A DNA stretch of 64,000 nt from Octopus sinensis (taxonomy: Eukaryota): assembly GCF_006345805.1 (NCBI RefSeq), contig NC_043009.1, positions 48,112,001 to 48,176,000 of the forward strand. The letters are read 5' to 3'. The notes under the pieces are model-generated. The model was given only the letters and a program-made list of their open reading frames with translations. It did no database searches and had not been told where the DNA came from. Made by a program: the position numbers and the translations under genes. Shown in pieces: positions 24,207 through 37,282 of the stretch. Within the stretch, counting starts at the first letter, position 1. Each line of letters starts with the position of its first letter.

Positions 24207-24831
24207 TTTCAGTTTTTAAAAATGGAACAAAGCTAACAGTAAGATAGAAATATTTTTTATATTTGTTATACTTCTAGTTTATTTAATTGCACAGTCTTTT
24301 ATTAGATCCTCACTATGTCACAATGAATATTTCGAATTGAGATTTGAACCCTATAGGTAACGAGCCGGAGTAAAAACCGCAAGGCAATTATACCGGCTAA
24401 CAGTTCTTTAACAATTTTGTCAAATAATGTATTTCAGAATTGTACTGGAATTGTATTGGAGATCGTGTGTTAAAAATTTATGTAAATGCTGTCCTTTTAG
24501 CCAGCCATAGTACATTCACTTTTACTTTCGGTTTATCTCTTTATAGTCTCACATACTATATAAACTGTCAAAAAGTTTTGATACATGTCTACAACCTTGT
24601 CACTGACATCATTCCACTGCATTCAGAATTATATCGGTGATCAAGACGCAGACATTGAGTCAAGATGATTCAACAATTTATTGTATGGAAGACTATTAAG
24701 AAATAAAATAAAAATGAATGAGACGCTTTATATAATATATAATATGATATAGTATAATAAAGCAGAATAAAATATAATACAACATAATATATATATTTAT
24801 GTATATATATATATATCTAAATATCTATATA

Positions 24832-24870
<39 letters not shown>

Positions 24871-25229
24871 TATATTATATTATATTATATATAATAATAT
24901 ATATATATATATCATATTTAATTTATATAATATATCTTATATATCATATATTATATTATATATATTATTATCTTATATATATATATATTAAATAATATTT
25001 ATAACCATGCATACTTAAATGTGTGGGTATAGTTTTGTAATGGCGAAAATGACTTTCCTACGATGTAATTGTATCTATTAGTCTATTAGTATTTGAAAAC
25101 GAACAAGCAATAACCCAGTTAGTTTCTATATAAGTCAAGACCTTAGTATGTCATATAGATTTTTTTTCTTTGTTAGTAAGTAATGTCTAAAAGTAACATT
25201 CACTTATAAATGCAACAATTCTCAAAACA

Positions 25230-25744
25230 CCCATCGCCGCCGCCGCAACCACCGCCACCGCCGCCGCAACCACCGCCACCGCCGCCGCCGCCGTCGTATT
25301 CGTCGTCGTCATAGCCGCCATGATCATCATATTCATTGTCATCTTCATTACTACCACGATGATAATGATAATGATGTTAATGCTGCTGCTGCTGCTGATG
25401 ATGATGTTCAAAGTCTGTCTTTTCTTTTCCTATCATTTTCTGAACAATATTTGATCATTCTGTTGCATGACTCGGTGACTTTGTGTCTATTACTATTTCT
25501 CATTTTCCCTCCCTCCTTCCTCCCTTTTTCTTTCTTTTTCTTTTTTTTCTTCAGTACATTTACTATACGACTGCAATTGTTATTGCTGTTGTTCTCGTTG
25601 TTATTGTAATTACTATACACATTGTCGCTCTCTTTATTCTTGTTATAATTATATTTGTTATAGTTGCTATTTAATGCCCTTATTACTGTTGCCCTGTTTG
25701 TTGTGTACATTAGTGTGTATGCATGTATACACACACACACATGC

Positions 25745-25796
<52 letters not shown>

Positions 25797-25990
25797 ATAT
25801 ATATATGTATATATATGTATATATATATATGTGTATATATACACACACATATATGATATATATATATATTATATATGTGTGTGTGTATATACATATATAT
25901 GTATATATATGTATAATATATATGTGTATATATTATACATATATATATATATTATTATATATATATGTGTGTGTGTGTGTGTGTATGTGT
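25230..25990. repeat. Trinucleotide (GCC/GAT/GCT) tracts followed by a TA/TG field
   Basis: Direct observation. Confidence 0.9.
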
Positions 25991-26377
25991 GTGTGTGTGT
26001 GTGTGTGCCTTGCAGGAGCGCTGCACTTCTCGCCATTGAAATTGATCAGCAATGTCTGTGGCGATGGTTCCTACCACGCGCTTACACACCAAAATTCAAT
26101 AGGAAAAAAAAGCCATGTGCTAACCATTGTCTTTCATGCCTCACAGATAAACCGAGATATTGCTTTTTTTTTTCTTTCTTTCCCGTCTCTGAATGAATGC
26201 AAACTCTAGAATTATTAGGTAGATGCATGACATACAAAACTGTCTTACACAAGGATTCACCACAACAAAGGATATTTACCAAAATAGTGCCGTTAGCTTC
26301 GTTTCCACTAATGCCTATCTTTTATATACATCGGTACTGATCAGTACTGATATTGGTCTTTTTATTTCCATTTTAAA

Positions 26378-26436
26378 TAATGATTATGATGATGATGATG
26401 AAGATGATGAAGATGATGATGATGATGATAATGATG

Positions 26437-26467
<31 letters not shown>

Positions 26468-26499
26468 CAACAACAATGAAAATTATAATAATAATAAAA

Positions 26500-26539
<40 letters not shown>

Positions 26540-26956
26540 TAATAACAACAACAATGAAAATTATAATGATAATATAAGTAATAATAATATTAATGATAAT
26601 AATAATAATAATGCTAATAATAATAATAGTAATGTAATTATAATAGTGATAATAATAGTAGTGTTAATGATAGTAATGACAGTAATAATAGTGATAATAA
26701 TAGCAGTAATAACAATAACAATAACAAAACAACAACAACAACAGCAGCAACAAACAACAACAACAACAACAATAATAAAAATAATGATAATAATAATTGT
26801 TATTCGTATTGTTCATTTCGTTTTGTCACAGTTTAGCAACGATTTCTCTTAGTTCTCATTAGAATGTTGTTAGTGTCCATAAAAAAAAACGGTCCTCAGG
26901 TACAACAAAACATCACTACAGCCACCACAACATCAACAACAATAACAACAAGAATC

Positions 26957-26990
<34 letters not shown>

Positions 26991-27167
26991 TAATTGATGC
27001 CGTTCATTTTGCTTTCTGTTTTTCTCTCTCAGACTATCAGTGATCTTCCATTAATTCTGGAAAGAGGCTGGTGTTGAAAACAGCGTCTAAGAACAAAGGT
27101 TCTTTTTGTACATGTCACGTTGGTGCACGTCTGGAATAGGTTATCACATTAATTGTAATATGTGGCC

Positions 27168-27201
<34 letters not shown>

Positions 27202-27252
27202 TATAATAATATTAATATAATAATAATGGTAATAATAATAATAATAATAATA

Positions 27253-27293
<41 letters not shown>

Positions 27294-27323
27294 GTAATAA
27301 TAATAATAATAATAACATAATAA

Positions 27324-27366
<43 letters not shown>

Positions 27367-27385
27367 AATAGTAATATAATAATAA
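26378..27385. repeat. (GAT)n/(TAA)n/(CAA)n compound arrays
   Basis: Direct observation, with short unique spacers. Confidence 0.93.
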
Positions 27386-27537
27386 ATTAAAACACTTTCA
27401 ATACAGTAACTATAAGAGCATCACAGCAAAACACAGTACAAAACCCAAGGCACACAGAGCTGCGCTCGGTAAGTGCGGTGAAAACACGTGATAAAAAATA
27501 ATACTGAATAATGATGATGATGATGATGATGATGATA

Positions 27538-27596
<59 letters not shown>

Positions 27597-27769
27597 CAAA
27601 CATAATTTTCTTATGATTTCTTAAACATTCACTAGTACAACACTAAGTACAAAACCAAATATATGGCACCATAGACATAACACCAACATGAACTCCCAAC
27701 TTGTTGTCTCTTGAGGTCTCTGGGTGAGACTTGGAGCCAACTTGTACAAATGTAAAGCAAAAGTCAAAC

Positions 27770-27771
<2 letters not shown>
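27386..27771 (+). mobile_element. Two short probable Dong-type 3' UTR remnants (27386-27510, 27592-27771) between TAA arrays
   Basis: Each is bounded by TAA arrays and carries a subterminal hairpin like that at 3845-3868 (e.g. aggtctc-tgggt-gagactt). Confidence 0.55.
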
Positions 27772-27835
<64 letters not shown>

Positions 27836-28458
27836 TTTCATTTATTTGCCACAAGGGCAAAGGACGAGGCGGGACAATACAGAAACAGACATAAAGTGTG
27901 GGGGTGTACATATAATAATGAAATGATTAAAAGGAAAATAAAGTATACACAGTATACACTGGCAAAGAAGGGACATATGAATAGCATATAAAGGTTTAAA
28001 AAAGAAGTGGCGGGGAAGATGATAGAGATGTGGCCCTCCTAATGCAGGAACGCCTCTAGAGATAATGGAGAACCTCTCTGTCCGATGATTTCTGAAACCT
28101 CTCTGTCCGTGCTCCTAATCCAAGTGCCTCTCAATTCCTCTCCAACTCACAGGTCTGCACTTTGAGAAGTACCATACACTCTTGCCATTTTCGCAACTTT
28201 CACCCACCTTTCAATAAACTCACTCGAGGACGGCACTTCCCTCTCTACTCTCAATTTCCTTTCCAAGTGAAAGTTGAAGAAGTCAATGAGAGCTCTACCA
28301 AAGAGGAACGTATCTGTCCTCATGCCGTTCAACCTTGTCCACCAAACTACCTCTTTCGCTACAGCCATCAGGCAAAGGAAGACTGCCTTGTCTGCCCGAT
28401 TGAAGGAGGTCGGTGGTGCAATAACCCCTACAGACTCAGCCGACAGACAGATCCATCA
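27836..28458 (-). mobile_element. L1/Tx1-clade LINE 3' end
   Basis: FLCLMAVAKEVVWWTRLNG...FHLERKLRVERE...FIERWVKVA resembles a Tx1 ORF2 C-terminus; pyrimidine-rich 3' UTR, AATAAA, then (ATT)n. Confidence 0.75.
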
Positions 28459-28745
28459 ATAATTATAATAATAATTATGGTTTCAAATTTTGGCACAACG
28501 CCAGCAATTTCGGGCGAAGGGATAAGTGGAGGTTTACATTGAGTAAAAAGCAGTATCAACAATGCAATAGGTAATATGATGTCAGCAAGAAAATTAGTCT
28601 GTAATATTGGGAAACTCTACGTGGATGCCCAGAATCATTCGCAGTTAATTGCCATTGATACCCTCCACTAATCATCTAGAAGATGTGAGATGTGAATTTT
28701 CTCTAATATCATCCTTCAGCTGGTAGAGTGCAGTGAGGGCCTGGT

Positions 28746-29137
28746 GGATGGATGGAAGCACTCCGTCGGTTACGACGACGAGGGTTCCGGTTGATCCGAA
28801 TCAACGGAACAGCCTGCTCGTGAAATTAACGTGTAAGTGGCTGAGCACTCCACAGACACGTGTACCCTTAACGTAGTTCTCGGGGATATTCAGCGTGACA
28901 CAGAGAGTGACAAGGCCGGCCCTTTGAAATACAGGTACAACAGAAACAGGAAGTAAGAGTGAGAGAAAGTTGTGGTGAAAGAGTACAGCAGGGATCACCA
29001 CCATCTCCTGCCAGAGCCTCGTGGAGCTTTTTGGTGTTTTCGCTCAATAAACACTCACAACGCCCGGTCTGGGAATCGAAACCGCGATCCTATGACCGCG
29101 AGTCCGCTGCCCTAACCACTGGGCCATTGCGCCTCCA
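28746..29137 (-). mobile_element. tRNA-derived SINE, head A + tail 1, full length
   Basis: Near-identical to 14761-15145; short (CCAT)n tail on the element strand. Confidence 0.94.
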
Positions 29138-29256
29138 CAATCTACATACCAAAGACTCAACCTCAGTCACTGTTTGACTCTGAACAATCACAGACACTGG
29201 CTGCTGGATGATGTATCACTCGAAAGACACTCACACATGTTCACTGTTGTCCTCGT

Positions 29257-29564
29257 GGAGGCACATGGCCTAGTGGTTAGAGCAGTGGACGCGCGGTAGA
29301 GGGATCGTGGGTTCGAATCTCAGATCGGGCGATGTGTGTGTTTATGAGCGAAATACCCAAGCTCCATGCGGCTCCGGCAGAAGGTAATGGCGAACCTCTG
29401 CTGACTCTTTCGTCACAACTTACTCTCACTCTTTCCTCCTGCATCTTGCAGCTCACCTGCGACGGAACCGGCGTCCGGTCCAGGTGGGGAACGTAAACTC
29501 CAAGGAAACCGGGAAACCGGCCCTTCTGAGCCAGGTATTGCTCGAGAAGGAGCAAAGAACAAAA
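29257..29564 (+). mobile_element. tRNA-derived SINE, head A + tail 2, with 14-bp TSD
   Basis: TSD actgttgtc(c/a)tcgt at 29243-29256 and 29565-29578; A box tggcctagtgg, B box gttcgaatc. Confidence 0.92.
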
Positions 29565-30375
29565 ACTGTTGTCATCGTCTGCAGACATGTCAGTCTCACT
29601 GTATGATACTGCATAGTTAGTGAGAGGATCCTTAAGATCTCTGCGGAATGGATGTTGGGAGCAGATGGATTCTCTGATGAGTGTAACCTCTGCCAATCTC
29701 AAGAAGTGCATGGACTGTAATTTGGCCAAATGTTTACTGGGACAAGACATGGCATTCAGATGGTAGCGCGTCACCAAAGCAGTGTGAAAATTAGTCACTT
29801 CCACCTCTCTTTCCAGAGATAGTAGGTACGGCTGCGTGGCTAGTTGACGGATTTACGACTTCCCTAACAAATTCTGCGGATTTTAAATTAAGTCAGCTTT
29901 TTCCAGCTAATTTTTCTCTCCCAACTCAATGACAAAGACATCTTGAGAAAGATATTTGCCGTCGGAAGAAATGATGAGGGAAGACCTTATGCAAGAAGTC
30001 CTTTACTGAATATCATTCCTGAATATCATTTCTCTCCTTCTCTCCTTCTCTCTCTCTTTATATCCCGTACCTACAGCCATCGTTGACTATTGACCTCCAT
30101 GCCTTGGTCTGAAGCTCATGACATTTCCTGGGAATGATACTCCAACGGTTTCCCGTTGTTTTCTACCGGTTTATTTGCAGATTGCTCTACTAGTCTTCTG
30201 ATTTTCCGAGCTTGAAGCGCAGGCCCTTTTTATTCTTTGGGTAATGGGTCTGTGTCACGTGACATCAACCATCGGAGCATGTCTATACACACGATGAGCT
30301 TCTGTGGCACATGTCTGAGTCTTGTATATTGTAGCCGCAAGACCATCTTATTGTATATAACTAATAACTGGGGCC

Positions 30376-30627
30376 TAGTGGAGGCGCATGGCTTAATGGT
30401 TAGGGTGTTGGACTTATGATCGTAAGATTGTGGGTTCGATTCCTGGACCGGACGATACGTTGTGTTCTTGAGCAAAACACTTCGTTTCACGTTGCTCCAG
30501 TCCATTCAGCTGGCAAAAAGGAGCAATCCTGTGACAGACCGGCGTCCCGTCCAGGCTGGGAATTTATACACCATGGAAACCGGAAAACCGGTCGTTATGA
30601 GTCTGCATGACTCGAAAAGGTAACTTT
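30376..30627 (+). mobile_element. tRNA-derived SINE, head B + tail 2, with 14-bp TSD
   Basis: TSD taataactggggcc at 30362-30375 and 30628-30641. Confidence 0.92.
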
Positions 30628-31494
30628 TAATAACTGGGGCCGTTGACAGGTGCTACCACCTCAAGTTAGAGCGGATGAAAATGTTGTAACTCAACACATC
30701 CTAAAACTCCCATACTGGACCTCCCTGATCATACTGTACAGTAAACATCTCAACAAAACAAGGGTCCAAGTAGCTTGCATTACCCCGACTTCAGTGACAT
30801 AGCTAGTACGTATGTATGTGTGCCACCCGGTGAAGTCTTTGAATTTGGCAACTTCCGCACCTTTCTCTCTATACAGCCTCGTACAGCTGAGCCGAAAGTG
30901 CCGCTTCTTTATAAGCGTCGTCCGTGGGACTGTAGAGAACAGCCCCATCGCCCCTTCGTAGTTTGGTACTGTCTGATTGCCACCTTTGTGTTGTGGTAAT
31001 CCGGGTAATGTTGATTCAGAATTTAGAAACTATACAGAAGAAAATTAAAACACCATAGGAAAAAAAAACCCCAAAACCCAAAATACAATGAATAAATAAA
31101 CAACAGAAAAAAAACAAGAAAACATATTTTCGGTGACAAAGTCCCTTAATTTCATATACCATTTTGTTATTTTTCGTACAAAATATGTTATTTTTCTTAT
31201 AAAATTTTTGCTTCTTGAAATAAGATATAGTAAAATTATTTTTAAGAAAAAAGAAATACAGATTTATATCTAAGAAAAAAACAAAAACAAAAACAAAACA
31301 AAACAAAGTAGAACAAAAACCAAATGAAAGAAATGGAAAATTATGAGAAATGGACGCTATTTATGATTAATGGAATGTTGTCATTTTTACAGAAAATTGG
31401 TTTTCTGAGTTTTCATATATTTAAAAGTGTTTTAGTATATAACTCTATATAACGTTCGTTGGTTAATTTTGATCTGTCTTGTGTTGTTACGCTT

Positions 31495-31597
31495 TATATA
31501 TATATAGATATATATATATATATAATATATATTATATATATATATATATATATAGATATATAAGATATATACATAATATAGATATATAATATATATA

Positions 31598-31632
<35 letters not shown>

Positions 31633-32238
31633 AATATATATATATAATATATATACAGTTATTACAATCACACTCACACATACATAATACATACATACAT
31701 ACATACCAATATACATACATACATACCTACATACATACATATATTTGTATAAGTATATATACCTGTGTATGTATAGGTATGTGTGTTTGTATTTTTAATC
31801 CTCTTTGTGTCTGGCAGAATTTTAAAGTACGATGCTGAAAATAAAGACCAAAGAATGGAATTCCATTCTTGCTTTTAAAACTAAATTTTTATTAAAAAAT
31901 ATCAAAAATATATATATATATAAAAAAAGACAATAAATGAAAAGTAAAAAGAATGAAGACATACAAACAGAACGAATAGACATTTCTATAAAAAAAAACA
32001 ATGGATACACGATCTTCAACTTACAATATTTATGTACGAATGTATGTGTGTGTGTGTAGGTGTGTGTGTGTGTGATTGTGTATAAGAAAGAGAGAAAGTG
32101 AGAGAGAAACAGATAGGCTTTGTGTCTCTTGGTATTAGTACATATGAATACATACAAATATCTACGTGTGTATATATATATATATGTGTGTATATATATA
32201 TGTATATATATATGTATATGTATACGTATATATGTGTG

Positions 32239-32282
<44 letters not shown>

Positions 32283-32355
32283 CGTATATATATTACATAT
32301 ATATAGAATTGTTTTACATTTTACTATTTTGGTAAGAAAAAAGCAAATGACTGAG

Positions 32356-32392
<37 letters not shown>

Positions 32393-32671
32393 AAGAGAAA
32401 GACAGAGGGAGAGAGAGGTGGAGAGAGAGTTGTTTCTAAGTGAAAATTGAGTGCGTGATGTTTATAAAAATTTACACGCCTTCCAATGTAGAAATAAATA
32501 TACAGAAGTGTAAGTATGTATGTATTTATATAATTAAGTACAAAACTATGTATAAATGTCTTTATATACATATAACATATTTATATTTATTCATAAAATA
32601 ATGTCATCGACAGTAACTGCGAACCTAAGCACGTGTTGCTTGTTCAAAGTGAGTTTTTATGTGTGTATGTG

Positions 32672-32745
<74 letters not shown>

Positions 32746-32802
32746 CATCTATCTATCTATCTATCTATCTATCCATCTATCTATCTATCTATCTATCTAT
32801 CC

Positions 32803-32879
<77 letters not shown>

Positions 32880-33201
32880 CCTATAGATATACACAAAAGC
32901 TAAAATGAATATATAACTGTTACATAGTTACATAGTTATGTATGTGTATATATATGTGTGTACGTGTATATATCTATCTATGTGTAAATATCTATCTATG
33001 TGTATATATATATATTTAAGTATATTTACGTATATATATATATATATATATAGCCACGTATATACCCAAAATGTTACACACACACACACACATCTATATA
33101 TGCATATATACATGCACACATACATAACTATACATATATGTAATTATCTATGCATACAATTATATATATGTGCGGGTATATATATATATGTATATATATG
33201 C

Positions 33202-33246
<45 letters not shown>

Positions 33247-33363
33247 TATATAATATATATATACATATACACACATACATATAGTGTGTGTGCGTATATA
33301 TGAATATATACATGCATATATATATGTATATATATATATATGCATATATATATACACATACAC

Positions 33364-33394
<31 letters not shown>

Positions 33395-33922
33395 CGTATG
33401 TATACACGCACAGACACACGTATGGTTATAAAAAATATACACCTGAAACTTTCCTTTGTGTACGGTGACATTGCTATTGACAAGAGAACTCCATGAAACA
33501 TCCTTTTACTCTTTTAACGTGTTTGAAATGCGCAAACAAGTGCATTTAGTGCATCGTCGTAGTCTTCATCATCATCATCATCGCCATTGTCGTCGTCCTC
33601 CTCCTCCTCTCCTCCTCATCATCATCATCATCATCATCATCATTATCATCATCATCATCGTCATCGTCGTCGGCGTCTTCAAAACTATCATTGCCGTTCC
33701 ATTGCTATCACCATCTTCATCCGCGTCGTCGGCATTCTTCTCCTCCTTCTCCTCGTCGTCATCGTCGTCGTCGTCGTAGTCCATCTCCTCCACCTCCTCC
33801 TCCTCCTCATCATCATGATCATCATCATCTCGTCATCGTCCTCACCTCTTTGGCTACGTCATCACTATCTTTTCAACCTTTTCATTTTTTTCCCCGCCTC
33901 TATTCTGTCTTCCTAAGACTCC

Positions 33923-33990
<68 letters not shown>
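31495..33990. repeat. Microsatellite field: TA, TAAA, GA, long (TCTA)n at 32671-32880, CAT/CCT/CGT tracts at 33555-33845
   Basis: Direct observation. Confidence 0.92.
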
Positions 33991-33994
<4 letters not shown>

Positions 33995-34379
33995 GTAGTG
34001 TATATAGTTTTTTTTACCACATGGAAGCTAGTTTGCCCTTTCAAACCAATTTATCTATTATGTTGAGAACAGCAAAACGTATAAGAAAACAATGGAAATC
34101 AAAAAAAATAAAAAATAAAAATAAATAGATAAAAGAACCCCCAAAAACAAAGCAAGAAAAAAAGCAAACCATAGTTATCCACGTGATCTTTGTCACCGAA
34201 CGTATAACAACATTTAGTGCAACTGAAAATTCTATAGAACAAAATTAAAAAAAACATGTAGGATTTCAGCAGAATAACTCTGGAATGTGCTGCATGTTAA
34301 TACATGTTCTCAGGTTGTACCAAGAGAACATGACGTGTTGAGAAGTGGCGTACCGACAGTACGATGTTATCTTTTTCCG

Positions 34380-34516
34380 TTTATGGGTTTCTGTCATTGA
34401 ACTACGGCCATACTGGGGCATCACTTGAAGGCTTTAGTCGAACTTATTAGGACGTAAGCAAACCAACACCGTTTGCCAAAAGGTGGTGGTGGGGAAAACA
34501 CAAAGGCGCACACAGA

Positions 34517-34520
<4 letters not shown>
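34380..34520 (-). mobile_element. Family C SINE tail fragment
   Basis: cggccatactggggcatcacttgaagg...aaaccaacaccgtttgccaa. Confidence 0.6.
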
Positions 34521-34567
<47 letters not shown>

Positions 34568-34769
34568 CGTGTACATTTAAACATATTAAGAAGTTTTCAT
34601 CATAGGAATCCTTTACGCTAGAAAGAACAGCTAAAGTCCAAACCACTAATTTGGGATAAATTCTCGAAGGGAATGAAAAGTAAAAATAATTACCATCTAT
34701 TTCCTGGACCATGGTTTCTGACTTATTTTAGCTGGTAGTAAAAATTTCTAAAATCTTTATTACCCTGAT

Positions 34770-34809
<40 letters not shown>

Positions 34810-34846
34810 AAAAAAGGTTTGAAAATGCAATTTAAACGATGTTTAT

Positions 34847-34891
34847 TTACTTAACCGGTTTCACTCTTTGGTAAAAGATTGTCAAAAGTAA
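34847..34891 (-). ncRNA. Type-I hammerhead ribozyme candidate, U3:A8 core variant
   Basis: TTACTT-TTGACAA-TCTTT(TACC)AAAGA-GT-GAAA-CCGG-TT-AAGTAA; perfect 6-bp stem I, 5-bp stem II, palindromic stem III. Confidence 0.6.
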
Positions 34892-34907
34892 CATTAAAAG
34901 TATCATT

Positions 34908-35042
34908 GAATAATATGGGTTCAAAAAAGTTTTTTACATAATTGTCACATTGAATATTATGCATTCAAAAAAGTTTTTTACATAATTGTCACATTGGATA
35001 TTATGAATTCAAAAATGTTTTTTTATACAAAAATGTCACATT
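34908..35042. repeat. ~44-bp tandem repeat, 3 copies
   Basis: tattatgcattcaaaaaagttttttacataattgtcacatt unit repeated with variation. Confidence 0.85.
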
Positions 35043-35443
35043 ACATGTATAAATATAGTGTTGGTAACAGAGAAGTTCAATAGTGTGATGAGAATATTGG
35101 AAAAATTGGCAGAAAAGGAAAACAAATATATTGTTGGAAATTTGGTTGCGTTAATATTGGTTGTCGCAAATTGTCACATTACATGTATATATATATACAG
35201 TCTTTGGTATATATATACAATATTTTGACAGCAAAAATTAAAATGGATTTTTTATACATCTCAGAATATTTTAAGTTGAAGGCGAGAAGTGTGTTGTTAC
35301 TAACCTGTTTGTTTTAGCAGAAGGGTTGAATTGAGAGAAAAAAGGTTGTACCCAGTGTGGTGTATACTCCCCTTCAAGCATCAATGGTTTTGGGGTTATC
35401 AGGAGGTTAGTATGCCTGCTGGTCAAGCAGCGTCTGTTTGTCG

Positions 35444-35484
<41 letters not shown>

Positions 35485-35899
35485 AAGAGGACTTGAAAAT
35501 GCAGAGATCTTTTTAAGATATTTATTGACGGTTTCACTTAAAAAAAAAAAAGATTTCCAAAAGTAAAGAGCGAGACTTTGTGTAGCCTTTGTGGCGATAA
35601 CAATTAGTTAACATAAATGTATTAAAATACAGTGACAGTCTTTGACATGGAGGAGAACATGTTAAGGAATAGAATCATTGACAATTGTAAAGAAATGGTA
35701 AGAGAGGCTTTGTGTCTAAACAGTTTGCATAAAAGTGTTCGAAATAAGCAGTAAAATAAGTTCATAATTGTTTATATAAGTTCATCAAAAATCATAATTG
35801 TTTATAAGTAAAGATGCAGAAAGAATTTTTAGACGGGATTTGATAGGAGAAAGCGTGTATTGCTTTGTCAGCAGAAATCATAATTGTTTTAAGAGGACA

Positions 35900-36070
35900 T
35901 ACATACACATATATGTCCCCGTAACTTAGGTTCGACAAAAAGAGACGAACAGAATAAGTAACATGCTTAAAAAGAAGGTAATGGGGTCGATTCATTCGAC
36001 TAAAACTCTCGAAGGTAGTGCCCCAGCACGTCAATGTCTAATTAGTGAACCAAGTGAAAGAGAAATGTAA
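35900..36070 (+). mobile_element. Family C SINE tail fragment
   Basis: gtccccgtaacttaggttcgacaaaaagagac...gtgccccagcacg. Confidence 0.7.
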
Positions 36071-36074
36071 AAGA

Positions 36075-36133
<59 letters not shown>

Positions 36134-36409
36134 ATACATACATACATGTGTGTGTGCGTGTGCATATATATATATATTTATGCACGCAGCAGCTTGTTGT
36201 TCAACACCTGCCTACCCACACACGCACGCGCACATACACATACACACACACATAGAGTTTGAAATTTATAGAAAAACAAAAGACGAGGATAGGTGTATGA
36301 ACGACAAGCAAAAAGAAAACGAAAAAGTCTCTTCGACAGAAAGGAATAAGAAAAAATACACAAAGAGAAACAGAGAAAAAACTTGTAGATTTCAGTGGTC
36401 CAGCATGGC

Positions 36410-36456
<47 letters not shown>

Positions 36457-36589
36457 CAGTGACGGCGGGCATTTTGAAATGGTCATGATGCATACGAGCA
36501 TATATATATATATGTATACGTTCGTATATGTAAGTATTCGTATGTTGTGTTTATATACATATATGTATTTATGTTTCTTTTCTGTGTGT

Positions 36590-36648
36590 ATTCTACTGAT
36601 GAGGCATAGCATTCCTAAATGCAAAATCAGAAATCCGGGATCTATAAT
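36590..36648 (+). ncRNA. Hammerhead-like motif, canonical core, decayed stems
   Basis: ATTCTA-CTGATGA-...gcatt(ccta)aatgc...-GAAA-TCCGGGA-TC-TATAAT; stem I has one mismatch and the base of stem II is unpaired. Confidence 0.45.
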
Positions 36649-37056
36649 TATCCAGTCATTTTTTACTAGTTTCATCTTGTCTCTTCGTTTTCTCTCCGTG
36701 TTGATATATGGAAAATTAAGGTGGTTTTAGAGTCAGATCATGGCTGCTATTTTCAGCATGGTGGTACCTCGTAGATACCCTAATATATAATTTTAATATA
36801 TATATATATATATTTATTAAAAAACTATATATATATATTAAAACATATATATATATGTGTGTATATATAATATATAATATGTGTATATATATATATGTAT
36901 ATATATATATATTATATATATATATATATTATATATATATGTATATATGTATATATATATATATATAATATATATCTATATATATATATGTATGTATGTA
37001 TGTATGTATATGTATATATTGTCTGAATTTTATAGTGTTAATAATCCATCACGGCT

Positions 37057-37141
37057 GGTCTTACCAATCGGTTTCGCGTAAAATTATATAAAGAAATGCT
37101 AGGCAGCAAACCAGTTATATAATATACGCTCATCAGATGTT
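37057..37141 (-). ncRNA. Hammerhead-like motif, canonical core, long stem II
   Basis: CTGATGA-GCGTA...TACGC-GAAA-CC(GATT)GG-TA; stem II extended by attatataa/ttatataat; stem I poorly paired. Confidence 0.5.
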
Positions 37142-37179
37142 GGTTGACACGGAAGGGGAAATGGCAACCGCTCTCCACT

Positions 37180-37203
37180 GTTATATATATATATATGTGT
37201 GTG

Positions 37204-37282
<79 letters not shown>

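Larger units (their letters stand above)
28550..30370 (-). mobile_element. Very decayed LINE relic (RTE-like) interrupted by SINEs
   Basis: TDMSADD near 29575-29595 (cf. RT FADD motif) and LRMILGIH near 28625-28650; only scattered motifs. Confidence 0.4.
34808..35900 (-). mobile_element. Two related Penelope-like terminal segments, each abutting (TA)n
   Basis: Shared ends ttgaaaatgca...cggtttcact...aaagatt..caaaagtaa at 34818-34891 and 35493-35565, each with a hammerhead-like fold. Confidence 0.55.

Noticed and set aside
26223-26852. 209-aa poly-D/N/Q ORF
   Set aside because: Reads through GAT/AAT/CAA arrays; no domain or splice support.
27001-27110. Strong-looking splice acceptor (polypyrimidine + cag at 27030-27032)
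   Set aside because: All three frames stop within 45 nt and no good donor follows.
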